A program made the translations under genes and the position numbers. This document shows, piece after piece, positions 48,151-57,749 of a stretch of DNA of 64,000 nt. The stretch is from Verrucomicrobiaceae bacterium. GTDB taxonomy: Bacteria; Verrucomicrobiota; Verrucomicrobiia; Verrucomicrobiales; Akkermansiaceae. Position 1 is the stretch's first letter; each line of letters opens with the position of its first letter. Below the pieces are notes generated by a model, which saw only the letters and a program-made list of their open reading frames with translations, had not been told where the DNA came from and ran no database searches. Location: contig JBPOGH010000009.1 of assembly GCA_051252135.1 (NCBI GenBank), positions 137,098-201,097 of the forward strand. The letters run 5' to 3'.

Positions 48151-50820
48151 CTAAAGGGGGGCGAGGAGGTTTTTGAGGGATTCGGGGTCGGGGGCGCCTT
48201 GGGTGGCTCCGGCGAGGAGGGAGTCGGCGAGGAGGGCTTTCTTTTGTTGGAGTTGGTGGATGCGGTCCTCGACGGTGCCGGCGCAGATGAGCTTGTGGAC
48301 GAAGACGGGCTTGTCCTGGCCGATGCGGTAGGCGCGGTCGGTGGCCTGGTTTTCGGCGGCGGGGTTCCACCAGGGGTCGTAGTGGATGACGGTATCGGCG
48401 GCGGTGAGGTTGAGGCCGGTGCCGCCGGCTTTGAGGGAGATGAGGAAGATGGAGGAGTTTCCGTTCTGGAAGTCATCGACGAGTTGGCCACGGTCTTTGG
48501 AGGCGCCGGTGAGTTTTAAGTACGAGACTTTTCTTTTTTGGAGTTCGTGCTCGATGATTTCGAGCATGGAGGTGAATTGGGAGAAGAGAAGGACGCGGCG
48601 GCCTTCGGCGAAGAGGGTGTCGAGGAGGTCGAAGAGGTAGTCGAGCTTGGCGGATTTTTTGGGGGCCTTTTGGGCGGCGGGGAGTTTGAGGAGGCTGGGG
48701 TGGCAGCAGATTTGGCGGAGTTTGAGGAGGGCGTCGAGGATGGCGAATTGGGATTGTTCGAGGCCGCGGACGGCGATGGCTTCACGGACTTGTTTGTCCA
48801 TGGTGGCGCGGACGGTCTCGTAGAGGTCGCGTTGTCCGGAGGAGAGTTCGACGGGGTGGACGAGGATGGTTTTGGGCGGGAGTTCGGTGGCGACCTGGTC
48901 CTTGGTGCGGCGGAGGATGAGGGGGCCGAGGCGTTTGCGGAGGAGGTGGGAGCGTTCTTCGTCTTCGTCCTTTTCGATGGGGTTTTGGTAGTTGTTGCGG
49001 AATTTTTCGCGGGAGCCGAGGAGGCCGGGGATGAGGAAGCGGAAGAGGGACCAGAGTTCGCCGAGGTTGTTTTCGACAGGGGTGCCGGAGAGGCAGAGGC
49101 GTTGGTCGGCGTTGAGTTGGCAGGCGGCCTGGGTGACTTTGGCGGAGGGGTTTTTAATGTGTTGTGCTTCGTCGAGGACGGCGAGGCGGAAGCGGTGTTT
49201 TTTGAGTTCGTCGATATCGCGCTGGAGGAGGGCGAAGGAGGTGACGACGAGGTCGGCATGGGGGATGTGGGAGAAGAGGCGTTTGCGTTTTGCGCCCTGG
49301 AGCATGAGGGGGCTGAGGGAGGGAGTGAACTTTTTGGTTTCGGCGATCCAGTTGGGGACGACGGAGGTGGGGGCGACGATCAACACTGGTCGACGGTCGT
49401 CGGGGTGGGCTTCGCTGAGACGGAGGATGTGGGTGAGGGTTTGGAGGGTTTTGCCGAGGCCCATGTCATCGGCGAGGATGCCGTTGAGTTCGTTTTGTTG
49501 GAGGAAGGTGAGCCATTCGACGCCGGTTTGTTGGTAGGGTCGGAGTTCGGCGCGGAGGGTGGCGGGTGGTTGGTAGGGGGGGGGTTGTGCGCTGGCGGAA
49601 AGGCGCTGGCGGAGTTTTTTGAGTTCGGGTGGGGGGTCGATGGGGAGGGCTTGTTCTTCGACGAGGGCGGCGGCATCGAGGGGGTGAAGGGAGGGGGCTT
49701 TGGGGTTGGTGAGGGCGGCGAGGTGGTGGAGGATGATGCGGAGGCGGCCGGCGGGGACCTGAAGGGCGCCGCCGCCGTGGGAGTCGGGGAGGTAGATGAG
49801 GTGGGGGTCGTCATCGGCGAGGTCGGCAAGTTGGTCGAGGGTGTCGCCATCGAGGAGGCCGGTGAGGATGGGAAGGAGGTCGAGGCGTTTGCCGTTGAGG
49901 TCGATGCCGACAGAGAGGGTGAACCAGCCGCCGGGTGAGGGCTCGAGGGTGGCTCGCATTTCGTCGTCGGTGAGCTCGTGGACGTGGTGGCCGAAGTCGT
50001 CGTCGACCTCGACATCCCATCCTGCTTCACGGAGTTGGGGGACGGCTTTTGAGCGGAACCAGGGCCAGTAGACGGAGGGGGTGGAGAGGTGGGGTTCGGG
50101 GAACCAGGCGCCTTCCGCGGAGACCTCGGCGGATTGCTTTTTGGCCATGGAGAGGAGGAAGCGGTAGTTGGGGTTGCTGGAAAGGTTGGTGAGGCCGAGG
50201 GCGGTGAGGGCTTCGATGGCGCGGAACTCGGCGGGTTTGTCGCGGGGGACGGGTGAGTCGTGGGAGGATTTGATGAGGGGGAATTCGTGGTCGCCGTAGC
50301 GGACGGTGGGGCGGGCGACGAGCCAGGTTTGGCGATTGGAGGTGCGGAGGGCCTGGAGGAGGAGTTGGACGGCGCGGCCGGTGGCGGGTTCTTCCGCCAA
50401 AACGAGCTTGAAGCTCGGTTTGGCGGGAGTTTGAAGTTCGAAGGGTTCAGTTTGAAGTTGCTGGGGCTCCGAAGGTTTTGGGGGTTCCGGGGCGGTGGTG
50501 CCGCCTCCGCGGAGGAGGCGGGCGAGGGTGTTTGGGCGGGAGGCGCGGATGATGGCGGCGGCGGCGTGGGGGCAGTGGGTGCCGTAGTCGCAGGAGCAGG
50601 CGGTGTCGTAGTCCCAGTGGTCATCGGTCTCGGGCCAGAGGTTGATGGCGGTATCGTGGCCCTCGACGCGGGCGCTGAGGATGGCTCCGTCTTCGGTCGA
50701 TTCGAGGTTGAGGGCTTCGAGGAATTTGGGGGAGGAGAGTTTTTTTCCGTGGGCAAGGATGTGGTCGTCAAAGCGGTGGGACCAGTTGATGTCTTGGAAA
50801 AAGGGCTCGGGTGTGGGCAC
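48151..50820 (-). CDS. SWIM zinc-finger SNF2-family helicase/ATPase
   Basis: CSC...CPH; LADDMGLGKT, DEAQ, LSGTPVEN, SLKAGGTGLNL, QATDRAYRIGQ; GTG start. Confidence 0.93.
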   Translation of the reverse strand: MPTPEPFFQDINWSHRFDDHILAHGKKLSSPKFLEALNLESTEDGAILSARVEGHDTAINLWPETDDHWDYDTACSCDYGTHCPHAAAAIIRASRPNTLARLLRGGGTTAPEPPKPSEPQQLQTEPFELQTPAKPSFKLVLAEEPATGRAVQLLLQALRTSNRQTWLVARPTVRYGDHEFPLIKSSHDSPVPRDKPAEFRAIEALTALGLTNLSSNPNYRFLLSMAKKQSAEVSAEGAWFPEPHLSTPSVYWPWFRSKAVPQLREAGWDVEVDDDFGHHVHELTDDEMRATLEPSPGGWFTLSVGIDLNGKRLDLLPILTGLLDGDTLDQLADLADDDPHLIYLPDSHGGGALQVPAGRLRIILHHLAALTNPKAPSLHPLDAAALVEEQALPIDPPPELKKLRQRLSASAQPPPYQPPATLRAELRPYQQTGVEWLTFLQQNELNGILADDMGLGKTLQTLTHILRLSEAHPDDRRPVLIVAPTSVVPNWIAETKKFTPSLSPLMLQGAKRKRLFSHIPHADLVVTSFALLQRDIDELKKHRFRLAVLDEAQHIKNPSAKVTQAACQLNADQRLCLSGTPVENNLGELWSLFRFLIPGLLGSREKFRNNYQNPIEKDEDEERSHLLRKRLGPLILRRTKDQVATELPPKTILVHPVELSSGQRDLYETVRATMDKQVREAIAVRGLEQSQFAILDALLKLRQICCHPSLLKLPAAQKAPKKSAKLDYLFDLLDTLFAEGRRVLLFSQFTSMLEIIEHELQKRKVSYLKLTGASKDRGQLVDDFQNGNSSIFLISLKAGGTGLNLTAADTVIHYDPWWNPAAENQATDRAYRIGQDKPVFVHKLICAGTVEDRIHQLQQKKALLADSLLAGATQGAPDPESLKNLLAPL

Positions 50821-50866
50821 GGGGGGAGGATGAACTGCTCCGGTGGCGGAGGAAAGATCAGGGCGT

Positions 50867-50904
50867 AAAAAAACCAGCCGGGCCGGGTGGGCGGGGCTGG
50901 TTTT
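50867..50904 (-). terminator. Rho-independent terminator
   Basis: AAAACCAGCC...GGCTGGTTTT downstream of a PEP-CTERM gene. Confidence 0.75.
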
Positions 50905-50924
50905 GAGGGAAAGATGTTTCCGTA

Positions 50925-51530
50925 TTACTTGCGGCGGCGGATGAGGAAGAGGACTCCTGCGAGGCCGACAAGGAGGGACTGACTTGGCTCGGGGACGACG
51001 GCGGTGTCGTTGATGCGGATGTAGTCCACGGCGAAGAAGTTGCCGTCGGTTTGGGAGTTGCTGTTGGCAGATGCGCCGCCGATGGGGTCGAGGCGAAGGC
51101 TGGTGATGGTGCCGACCCCGAATCCGCTGATGTCGAGGGTGACGGTGAAATAGTCATCACCGGAAGCGACACCGACGAAGCCGGAGTTAAAGACAGTGGC
51201 ATTCAGAGTGACGATGAGGCCGACGGGATTGAAGGTGGTGACAGGTCCGGCTGGAGCCTCGTCCTGGGATTCCCAGACGCGGAATGAGATGGTGTCCCAG
51301 GTCTCGCCGCCAGCGGGGCTGAGGCTGATTCCGGATTTGAGAAGTTGGGGGTCGTTGCCGTCGGCAGTTCCGGTGATGGCCGTGGTGGTGGCGATCAGGT
51401 CGGGAACGTTGTTGGCGGTGAAGCCATCGAGGGTGCTGTTGAAATCATAGCTGACGACGGTGGCGGCGGAGGCTGCGAGGCTGGAGGTGAGGAGGATTCC
51501 GGCTCCGAGGAGGTTGGTTTTGAGGGACAT
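50925..51530 (-). CDS. PEP-CTERM surface protein
   Basis: Signal peptide; ITSLRLDP; VPEPSQSLLVGLAGVLFLIRRRK. Confidence 0.93.
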   Translation of the reverse strand: MSLKTNLLGAGILLTSSLAASAATVVSYDFNSTLDGFTANNVPDLIATTTAITGTADGNDPQLLKSGISLSPAGGETWDTISFRVWESQDEAPAGPVTTFNPVGLIVTLNATVFNSGFVGVASGDDYFTVTLDISGFGVGTITSLRLDPIGGASANSNSQTDGNFFAVDYIRINDTAVVPEPSQSLLVGLAGVLFLIRRRK

Positions 51531-51682
51531 GATTATCGTTGTGTATGGAGGTTGTAGATCGAATGCCCGATCCGAGTTAGCGACAATAGGTAAGGTTTCT
51601 TGGAAGGGAAGCGCAATCCAAGAATGGTTTCATGTGAAGATGTTGAGAGGGTTGGGAAAAGGGGGGGATCTATGGCAGATGC

Positions 51683-52279
51683 TTAGGTTGGGAGGATGGT
51701 GGGGAGGGCGTTGAGGCAGTCTTTTTTGTGGGTGAGGGTGATGAGGTGGCCGCCTTTGATGAAGGAATTGACCGATTTGGGGCGAGTGATGACGGGGTCC
51801 CGGGTGCCGTGGATGCGGAAGAGGGGGCTGCGGCCCTGGTCGCCCTGCCATTGGAAGACGGCTTTGGTGGTGAGGCGGAGGAAGCGGGGATCGGTTTGGG
51901 CGAACATGCGGGTGGTGAGGAAGGGGAGTTTGGCGCAGAGAGTGCGGAGGAGGGTGAGGGGGATGAGGTTGATGAGGGGGTGGCAGGTGGCGAGGAGGGG
52001 TGAGATTTCGGAGGGGTGGGTGGCGCTGCTGATGAGGATGAGTTGGCGAAGGGTGATGAGGTTTGAGATTTCCGAGGCGACCATGCCGCCGAGGGAGGTC
52101 CCGATGAGGGTGTCGGCGGGGGTGATGTGGTGGTCGTCGATGAGGCGTTGGGCGAGTTGGGTGAGGGTGGTGCCGGTGAAGTCGCGGGGCCAGTCGAGGA
52201 ATTGGGCGTTGGGGAGGTCGCGCCAGGGGCCGGAGTACATGGCGTTGGTGGCACCCATGCCGGGGAGGAGGTAGACCAT
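51683..52279 (-). CDS. Alpha/beta hydrolase
   Basis: LLPGMGA, GTSLGG nucleophile elbow, IHGTRD, GGH. Confidence 0.88.
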   Translation of the reverse strand: MVYLLPGMGATNAMYSGPWRDLPNAQFLDWPRDFTGTTLTQLAQRLIDDHHITPADTLIGTSLGGMVASEISNLITLRQLILISSATHPSEISPLLATCHPLINLIPLTLLRTLCAKLPFLTTRMFAQTDPRFLRLTTKAVFQWQGDQGRSPLFRIHGTRDPVITRPKSVNSFIKGGHLITLTHKKDCLNALPTILPT

Positions 52280-52303
52280 GGTTTCTTTTAGGATACGGGT
52301 AAG

Positions 52304-52336
52304 AAAAAACCCAGCCTGTTGAGGGCCGGGTTTTTT
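52304..52336 (-). terminator. Rho-independent terminator (bidirectional geometry)
   Basis: AAAAAACCC...GGGTTTTTT downstream of a PEP-CTERM gene. Confidence 0.7.
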
Positions 52337-52367
52337 GGAGGGGGGAGGGGTTGGGTGTTTGATTGAA

Positions 52368-52988
52368 CTATCGTTTCCGCCGTGCGCCGCAGAAGGCTGC
52401 GGTGAGGGAAAGGAGGAGGATGGATGAGGGCTCGGGGACGGCAGTGGTGCTGCCGAATGCGAATCCGATGGGGTCGTCCTCGGTTTGGTCGCTCAAGAGG
52501 AGGGTGAAGCTGTTGAGCCCGCTGACGTCGGCGGCAGCTACAAAGGGGGTGTAGTGGCGCAGGTTTGCATCTTTTGCTCCGGTTGTGGAGGTGGCTCCGG
52601 TGACGACTTCCTGAAGGGGTGTTTCCCAGGTTCTGCTGTCGGTGGAAATGGAGAAGCCGGGGTTTGAGCCGCTGCCGTCGGTTCCGGCCATTTTAAATCC
52701 GGTGAAGGTTTGTCCACCGCTGAGGGTGAAGGTGATGCTTCCGGCGGCGCCATCATAGGCGAGGGCCTGGAACGAGCCTGTCTCGGAGGAGAGGCCTCCC
52801 GAGGCGAAAGTTGTTGATCCGTTGGCAAAGACTCCGCCGCCGGTGGTGTCGACGGTGAGGGTCACTCCTCCGGGGAGGCCGGTGACGACAGTGTTTGGAT
52901 CGATTTGAGTCCAGCTTTGAACCCAAGATTGGGCGGAAAGAGCTGAGGTGAGGGCCAAGAGGCAGAATAGGGGGGGGTTAATCTTCAT
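52368..52988 (-). CDS. PEP-CTERM surface protein
   Basis: Signal peptide MKINPPLFCLLAL; VPEPSSILLLSLTAAFCGARRKR. Confidence 0.9.
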   Translation of the reverse strand: MKINPPLFCLLALTSALSAQSWVQSWTQIDPNTVVTGLPGGVTLTVDTTGGGVFANGSTTFASGGLSSETGSFQALAYDGAAGSITFTLSGGQTFTGFKMAGTDGSGSNPGFSISTDSRTWETPLQEVVTGATSTTGAKDANLRHYTPFVAAADVSGLNSFTLLLSDQTEDDPIGFAFGSTTAVPEPSSILLLSLTAAFCGARRKR

Positions 52989-53144
52989 CGCCGGTGAGGG
53001 TAACACGCATTTTAAGAAAATCAAACATTATTCACATTTATGCAATCTGAACAAAATCCGGGAAGGTTGGGAAAGGTGGCGGAGCTAAGGTGGCGGTGCG
53101 GGATGCGCGCCGTTTTTGTTTTGTTTGCGGGTACATGGGCGTAG

Positions 53145-53170
53145 AAAAGCCGGACTTTGCAGTCCGGCTT
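53145..53170 (-). terminator. Rho-independent terminator
   Basis: AAGCCGGACT/AGTCCGGCTT stem after the stop at 53198. Confidence 0.7.
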
Positions 53171-53197
53171 CCGAGGGGTTAATTGGCAATGAATTGA

Positions 53198-54472
53198 TTA
53201 AATTTTGTATTTGCCGGGGATCGGGGGTGGGGTGACGGGGAAGGTGTCGTCCATTTTGAGGTCATCGGGGGCGAGGTCGTTATCGGAGGCCCAGAGTTGG
53301 TCCCAAGTGATGCGTTGGCCGGTGTGGGCGGCTTCGCGGCCGAGGATGCCGAGGGCGGTGGATTTGACCATGTGGTCTCCGTTGTTGGGAATCTTGCCAT
53401 CACGGAGGGCGGTGAAGAGCTCGTTGTGGCAGGATTGGTACATGTCTTGTTCGACGCCGGGCTCGGGGCGGGAGCGCCAGGTGGTCTTGCCATCGAGGTC
53501 CTTGATGGCGCAGCGGCCGGGGGCATACATGGTGCCTTTTTCGCATTCGACGCGGTCGACGACCTCGGAGTGGCAGCCGATGAAGTGGCGTTGGCCGACG
53601 TGGCAGTAGACTCCGTTGGGGTATTCGTAGGCGACGTTGTAGTGGTCGTAGATGTTGGAAGCGTCGGTTTTGCAGGCGCGGCCTCCGTTGGCGACGGCGG
53701 CGATGGGGGCGACGTCATCCATGCCCCAGCCGACTTTATCGATGGTGTGGATGCATTGTTCGACGAGGGGTCCGGAGGAGAGCCACTCGAAGTTGAACCA
53801 GTTGCGGAGCTGCCATTCGACGTCGGGCATGCCATCGGGCTGGGGTCCGCCGAGGGGTTTGACGGGGTTGGCGAGGTAGGTTCCGTAGATGGAGCGGACT
53901 TTGCCGAGTTCGCCGGCAAGGACTTTATTGTAGGCTTCGCGTGTGGGAGGGTGGTAGCGCCAGCAGAAGCCGTTTTGGACGGCGAGGCTTTTTGCTTTGG
54001 CGATTTTGACGGATTCGACGACGGATTTGAGTCCGGCCATGTCGACGGCCATGGGCTTTTCGATGAAGCAGTGCTTACCGGCATCGACGGCGGCGCGGAA
54101 GTGTTGGGGGCGGAATCCGGGAGGGGTGGTGAGGAGGACCATGTCGACTCCGGAGTCGATGACCTTTTGGTAGGCGTCGAGGCCGACGAAGCGGCGTTCG
54201 GGGGCGACATCGACTTGTTTGCCGAATCGTTCGACGGTTTTCATGGCGTTGACGACGCCGCTGCCGAAGGCGTCACCAACGGCCCAGAGGACGACGTTGG
54301 GGTCGGCGGTGAGGGCTTGGGTGACGGCGCCATTGCCGCGGCCGCCGCAGCCGATGAGGCCGATTTTGATTTTATCGGGGATGTTTTGTGCGCGAACGAT
54401 GTTGGGGAGGCCGGCGGCGATGGTGGCGGCGGTTCCGGATTTGAGAAGGTGGCGTCGATTGATTGGGTTCAT
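53198..54472 (-). CDS. Tat-exported Gfo/Idh/MocA oxidoreductase
   Basis: NRRHLLK signal; IGLIGCGGRG, TPPGFRP, EKP, EQCIHTID. Confidence 0.9.
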   Translation of the reverse strand: MNPINRRHLLKSGTAATIAAGLPNIVRAQNIPDKIKIGLIGCGGRGNGAVTQALTADPNVVLWAVGDAFGSGVVNAMKTVERFGKQVDVAPERRFVGLDAYQKVIDSGVDMVLLTTPPGFRPQHFRAAVDAGKHCFIEKPMAVDMAGLKSVVESVKIAKAKSLAVQNGFCWRYHPPTREAYNKVLAGELGKVRSIYGTYLANPVKPLGGPQPDGMPDVEWQLRNWFNFEWLSSGPLVEQCIHTIDKVGWGMDDVAPIAAVANGGRACKTDASNIYDHYNVAYEYPNGVYCHVGQRHFIGCHSEVVDRVECEKGTMYAPGRCAIKDLDGKTTWRSRPEPGVEQDMYQSCHNELFTALRDGKIPNNGDHMVKSTALGILGREAAHTGQRITWDQLWASDNDLAPDDLKMDDTFPVTPPPIPGKYKI

Positions 54473-54542
54473 GGATTTAATTTCTACGGAGTTTGAATGG
54501 ATTTGTGGTCAAAAGCGATGGCGATTTTTTTAGGAAAGATCG

Positions 54543-54576
54543 TTGCGATGTAAATCGTATTGGTGCTACGGTTTAC
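54543..54576 (+). promoter_or_regulatory. Candidate promoter/operator upstream of nagB
   Basis: TTGCGA-N18-TACGGT overlapped by the imperfect inverted repeat GTAAATCGTA-N7-TACGGTTTAC (9/10). Confidence 0.4.
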
Positions 54577-54599
54577 TGAGAGGGCAAAACCGATTTATC

Positions 54600-55358
54600 A
54601 TGATTAAGGAAAAAAGTTTCAAAACTGACAATGTGGAAATCGGGGAGACGGAGGTTCTTGTGGGATTGTTGGCGGATGAGATCGAGAAGAGGATGGGGGA
54701 TTGTGCGTTGGAGAATCGCGATCTGGTTCTGGGTCTGGCGACGGGAAGCACTCCGATCCCGCTTTATGCGGAGCTTGTGAGGCGGCATCAGGAGGAGGGG
54801 TTGTCTTTTGCGAATGTGGTGAGTTTTAATCTGGATGAGTATGAGGGGATTCCGGCGGAGCATCCGGAGAGTTACCGGAGTTATATGGGGCGTCATCTGG
54901 TGGATCATGTGGATATGCGGAAGGAGTGTGTCTTTTTGCCCAATGCGAATGCGGGTGACCCGGAGAAGGAGGGGCGGGAATATGAGGAGCGGATCCGGGA
55001 GTATGGAGGGATCGATTTCCAGATTCTGGGGATCGGGCGGGACGGGCATATTGGATTCAATGAGCCCGGGAGTGGTCGGGAAACGCGAACACGGCGGGTG
55101 AAGTTGGCGGCTGAGACGCGGGAGGATGCGGCTCCGGCCTTTGGGGGGATCGGGAATGTGCCGACCCACGCGATGACGATGGGGGTGGCGACGATTCTGG
55201 AGGCGAAGCGGATTGTGCTGATCGCGAGGGGGAGTGGTAAGCGGGAAATCGTGAAGAAGGCGATGACCGGGCCGGTGGGTCCCGAGGTGACGGCGAGTTT
55301 TTTGCAAGACCATGCGGATGTCACATGGTATCTCGATGGGGCAGCAGCCGGAGAATGA
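54600..55358 (+). CDS. nagB: Glucosamine-6-phosphate deaminase
   Basis: LGLATGSTP, FNLDEY, LGIGRDGHIGFNEPGS, ASFLQDH. Confidence 0.93.
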   Translation: MIKEKSFKTDNVEIGETEVLVGLLADEIEKRMGDCALENRDLVLGLATGSTPIPLYAELVRRHQEEGLSFANVVSFNLDEYEGIPAEHPESYRSYMGRHLVDHVDMRKECVFLPNANAGDPEKEGREYEERIREYGGIDFQILGIGRDGHIGFNEPGSGRETRTRRVKLAAETREDAAPAFGGIGNVPTHAMTMGVATILEAKRIVLIARGSGKREIVKKAMTGPVGPEVTASFLQDHADVTWYLDGAAAGE

Positions 55359-56203
55359 TTGAAGAACTAACCAAGCGAGCCCGAAAACTTTCGCAACCCG
55401 ATGATTATTTTAGCGGTCTGGACTGGGCTGAAGAGCTTCTTCCGCGAGAGATTCTCGCTTTTTGTCGATTTTCCCAGGATCACCGAACGAGCGGGTGGGA
55501 AGGGATTTCTGCGAAGGCAGGACGTTACGACCAACATTGCCGTTATGTCATGATTGTTGCTTTGGAAGGAGAGGGGATGATGGGGGCGGAGGCGGAAACG
55601 TGGGAGCTGAGGAAGGGTGACGTGGCTTTGCTGAGGCCTTACACGGCGCATTATTACGTGGATCTGCCGGAGGAGTTTTGCTGGCTCTATGTGACCTTTG
55701 AGCTGGACCGTCAGCTTGGTGACGGGGTGCGGACTTTATCGACGGAGGCGTTCAAGGGAATTGAGAGGGTGCTCGAGTTGTATGAGGCAGAGGATGCCCT
55801 GGGATGCAGCAGGGAGTTGGGAGATTTTCTGAAGGTGATTGATTCGGCCAAGCGGAAAGAGGTGGTGCAGCCGGTGGATGAGGGGAATTTGATTGGTCGG
55901 GTGAAGGAGTACATTATGGGTCATTTGGACCGGGATCTGGGGATGGCAGCGATTTCAAAAGAGGTGGGAGTTTCGGAGAGTTATTTGAGGGCGCAGTTCC
56001 GGGAGGGTGCGGGAGTTTCGCTGGGAAATTTTGTGAGGTCGGTCCGCTTGGTGAGAGCGACGTATCTGATGCAGGATGACGGGCTTGATTTGCGCAAGGT
56101 GGCCCTGAAATCGGGCTTCAATTCACTCACGAGCTTTACGAGGGCCTTCCGGAGAATGTATGACATCACTCCGAGTCAATTTCGCCAAAAGATCAATTTA
56201 TGA
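55355..56203 (+). CDS. AraC family transcriptional regulator
   Basis: Cupin N-terminus; C-terminal double HTH ending [29 protein letters not shown] overlap with nagB. Confidence 0.9.
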   Translation: MIEELTKRARKLSQPDDYFSGLDWAEELLPREILAFCRFSQDHRTSGWEGISAKAGRYDQHCRYVMIVALEGEGMMGAEAETWELRKGDVALLRPYTAHYYVDLPEEFCWLYVTFELDRQLGDGVRTLSTEAFKGIERVLELYEAEDALGCSRELGDFLKVIDSAKRKEVVQPVDEGNLIGRVKEYIMGHLDRDLGMAAISKEVGVSESYLRAQFREGAGVSLGNFVRSVRLVRATYLMQDDGLDLRKVALKSGFNSLTSFTRAFRRMYDITPSQFRQKINL

Positions 56204-57570
56204 GCAATCCAACACACAGCCAAACGCAAACGACCGTGAAACTCTCGGTCATGATGTTTCTTCAGTTTTTCATCTGGGGAGCATGGTATGTCACGGCACC
56301 CAACTTTCTGGGGACGATTGGGTTTGGGGGAGATGATTTCAAATGGACTTATTCGGTGGGGCCGATTGCAGGAATCCTGTCGCCCTTTTTTGTGGGAATG
56401 GTGGCGGATCGGTTTTTCCCGGCGCAACGGGTGATGGCATTTCTCCATTTGCTGGGTGGCGGCATCATGGTGGTGGCAGCGGGGATGATGGAGCCGGGTG
56501 TTAGTCCGACGATGCTGAACTGGGTCTTCTTTGGGCACATGCTTTGTTTTTATCCGACGCTGGCGCTGTCTAACTCCATCGCGATGCGTCACGTGAGCAA
56601 TGCGGAGAAGCAGTTTCCGCTGATTCGGGTGTTTGGGACGATTGGGTGGATTGCGGCGGGACTGGCGCTGTCTTATCTCCTTTGGGATAAGAAGGTGGAG
56701 ATGTTCTATCTTGCGGGAGGAGCAGCGATCTTACTGGGTCTGTTCAGTTTCATTCTCCCTTCGACTCCGCCAAGTGTGAGCGGGAAGATTGGGGTGCGGG
56801 ATGTGCTGGGCCTCGATGCATTGGTGATGTTGAAGGACCGCTCGTATCTCGTGTTTCTATTGAGCTCGATGCTGATCTGCATTCCCTTGGCCTTCTATTA
56901 TCAGATTACGAGCCGGGTGGTGGAAATGGTGGGGCTGCCGATTGGGCAGACGATGAGTTATGGGCAGATGTCGGAGATTTTCTTCATGTTGGTGATGCCC
57001 TTTTTCTTCACCCGGTTGGGGGTGAAGTGGATGCTTGCGGTGGGGATGGCTTGTTGGGTTCTACGCTATTTCCTCTTTGCCTTTGGTGCGCCGGATCAGG
57101 TGGTCTGGATGATTTTGGTCGGGGTGGTGATTCACGGAATTTGCTACGACTTCTTCTTTGTTACCGGTCAAATCTACACCGATAAAAAGGCACCCGAAGG
57201 CATTCGAGGTCAGGCTCAGGGGATGCTGGTGTTGTTTACACTGGGGATAGGAATGCTGATCGGTGCGCAGGTGGCGGGGGTGGTGGAGAAGCAGAATTCC
57301 CCTGCTGCAGTAGCGGCTTATGGCGATCAGGTGACGGTGCTTGAGGCGCAAATCAAGGAGATTGACGGGCAGATTAAAGCGGAAGAAACGGAAGCATTGT
57401 TGTCTGCGAAAGAGGTGCTTGTAGCGGATAAGAACGAGGCCCGGCAAAACCAGCTTGAAGCGATGAACTGGAAGAGTCTCTGGATGTTCCCGGCCGTCTT
57501 TGCGGCAGGAGTCCTGGGAGTGTTTCTGCTGTTTTTCCGTGAGCAGCCCCTGAAGGAGGAGGCTGTATGA
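56200..57570 (+). CDS. MFS transporter, nucleoside:H+ symporter (NupG-like) family
   Basis: [45 protein letters not shown]. Confidence 0.9.
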   Translation: MSNPTHSQTQTTVKLSVMMFLQFFIWGAWYVTAPNFLGTIGFGGDDFKWTYSVGPIAGILSPFFVGMVADRFFPAQRVMAFLHLLGGGIMVVAAGMMEPGVSPTMLNWVFFGHMLCFYPTLALSNSIAMRHVSNAEKQFPLIRVFGTIGWIAAGLALSYLLWDKKVEMFYLAGGAAILLGLFSFILPSTPPSVSGKIGVRDVLGLDALVMLKDRSYLVFLLSSMLICIPLAFYYQITSRVVEMVGLPIGQTMSYGQMSEIFFMLVMPFFFTRLGVKWMLAVGMACWVLRYFLFAFGAPDQVVWMILVGVVIHGICYDFFFVTGQIYTDKKAPEGIRGQAQGMLVLFTLGIGMLIGAQVAGVVEKQNSPAAVAAYGDQVTVLEAQIKEIDGQIKAEETEALLSAKEVLVADKNEARQNQLEAMNWKSLWMFPAVFAAGVLGVFLLFFREQPLKEEAV

Positions 57571-57749
57571 TGCTGACTATGGCGCAGATTCCCGAGTGGG
57601 TGTTGATTGCCTCGATCACGCTGTTCCTACTGTGCGTGGTGGGAGGGGTGATCAAGTTCGTGCAGACGGTGAAGTTTCTTTTTAAGGGCCCGCCGCCAGT
57701 GGATGAGAATTTGGTGATAACGGAAGAAGACTTTAAAGATCATGAGTAA
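57567..57749 (+). CDS. Small single-pass membrane protein (60 aa)
   Basis: ATGA overlap with the upstream gene and 8-nt overlap with the downstream gene; one hydrophobic helix and an acidic tail. Confidence 0.7.
   Translation: MMLTMAQIPEWVLIASITLFLLCVVGGVIKFVQTVKFLFKGPPPVDENLVITEEDFKDHE

Noticed and set aside
48151..50820. SNF2 helicase as an anti-phage defence system
   Set aside because: It has the stand-alone SWIM-SNF2 architecture, with no methylase, nuclease or other defence partner nearby.
51537..51547. CGTTGTGTATG next to a PEP-CTERM start, resembling the cassette end motif
   Set aside because: The match is short, lacks the GCC-GGC core and has no partner end; likely chance.
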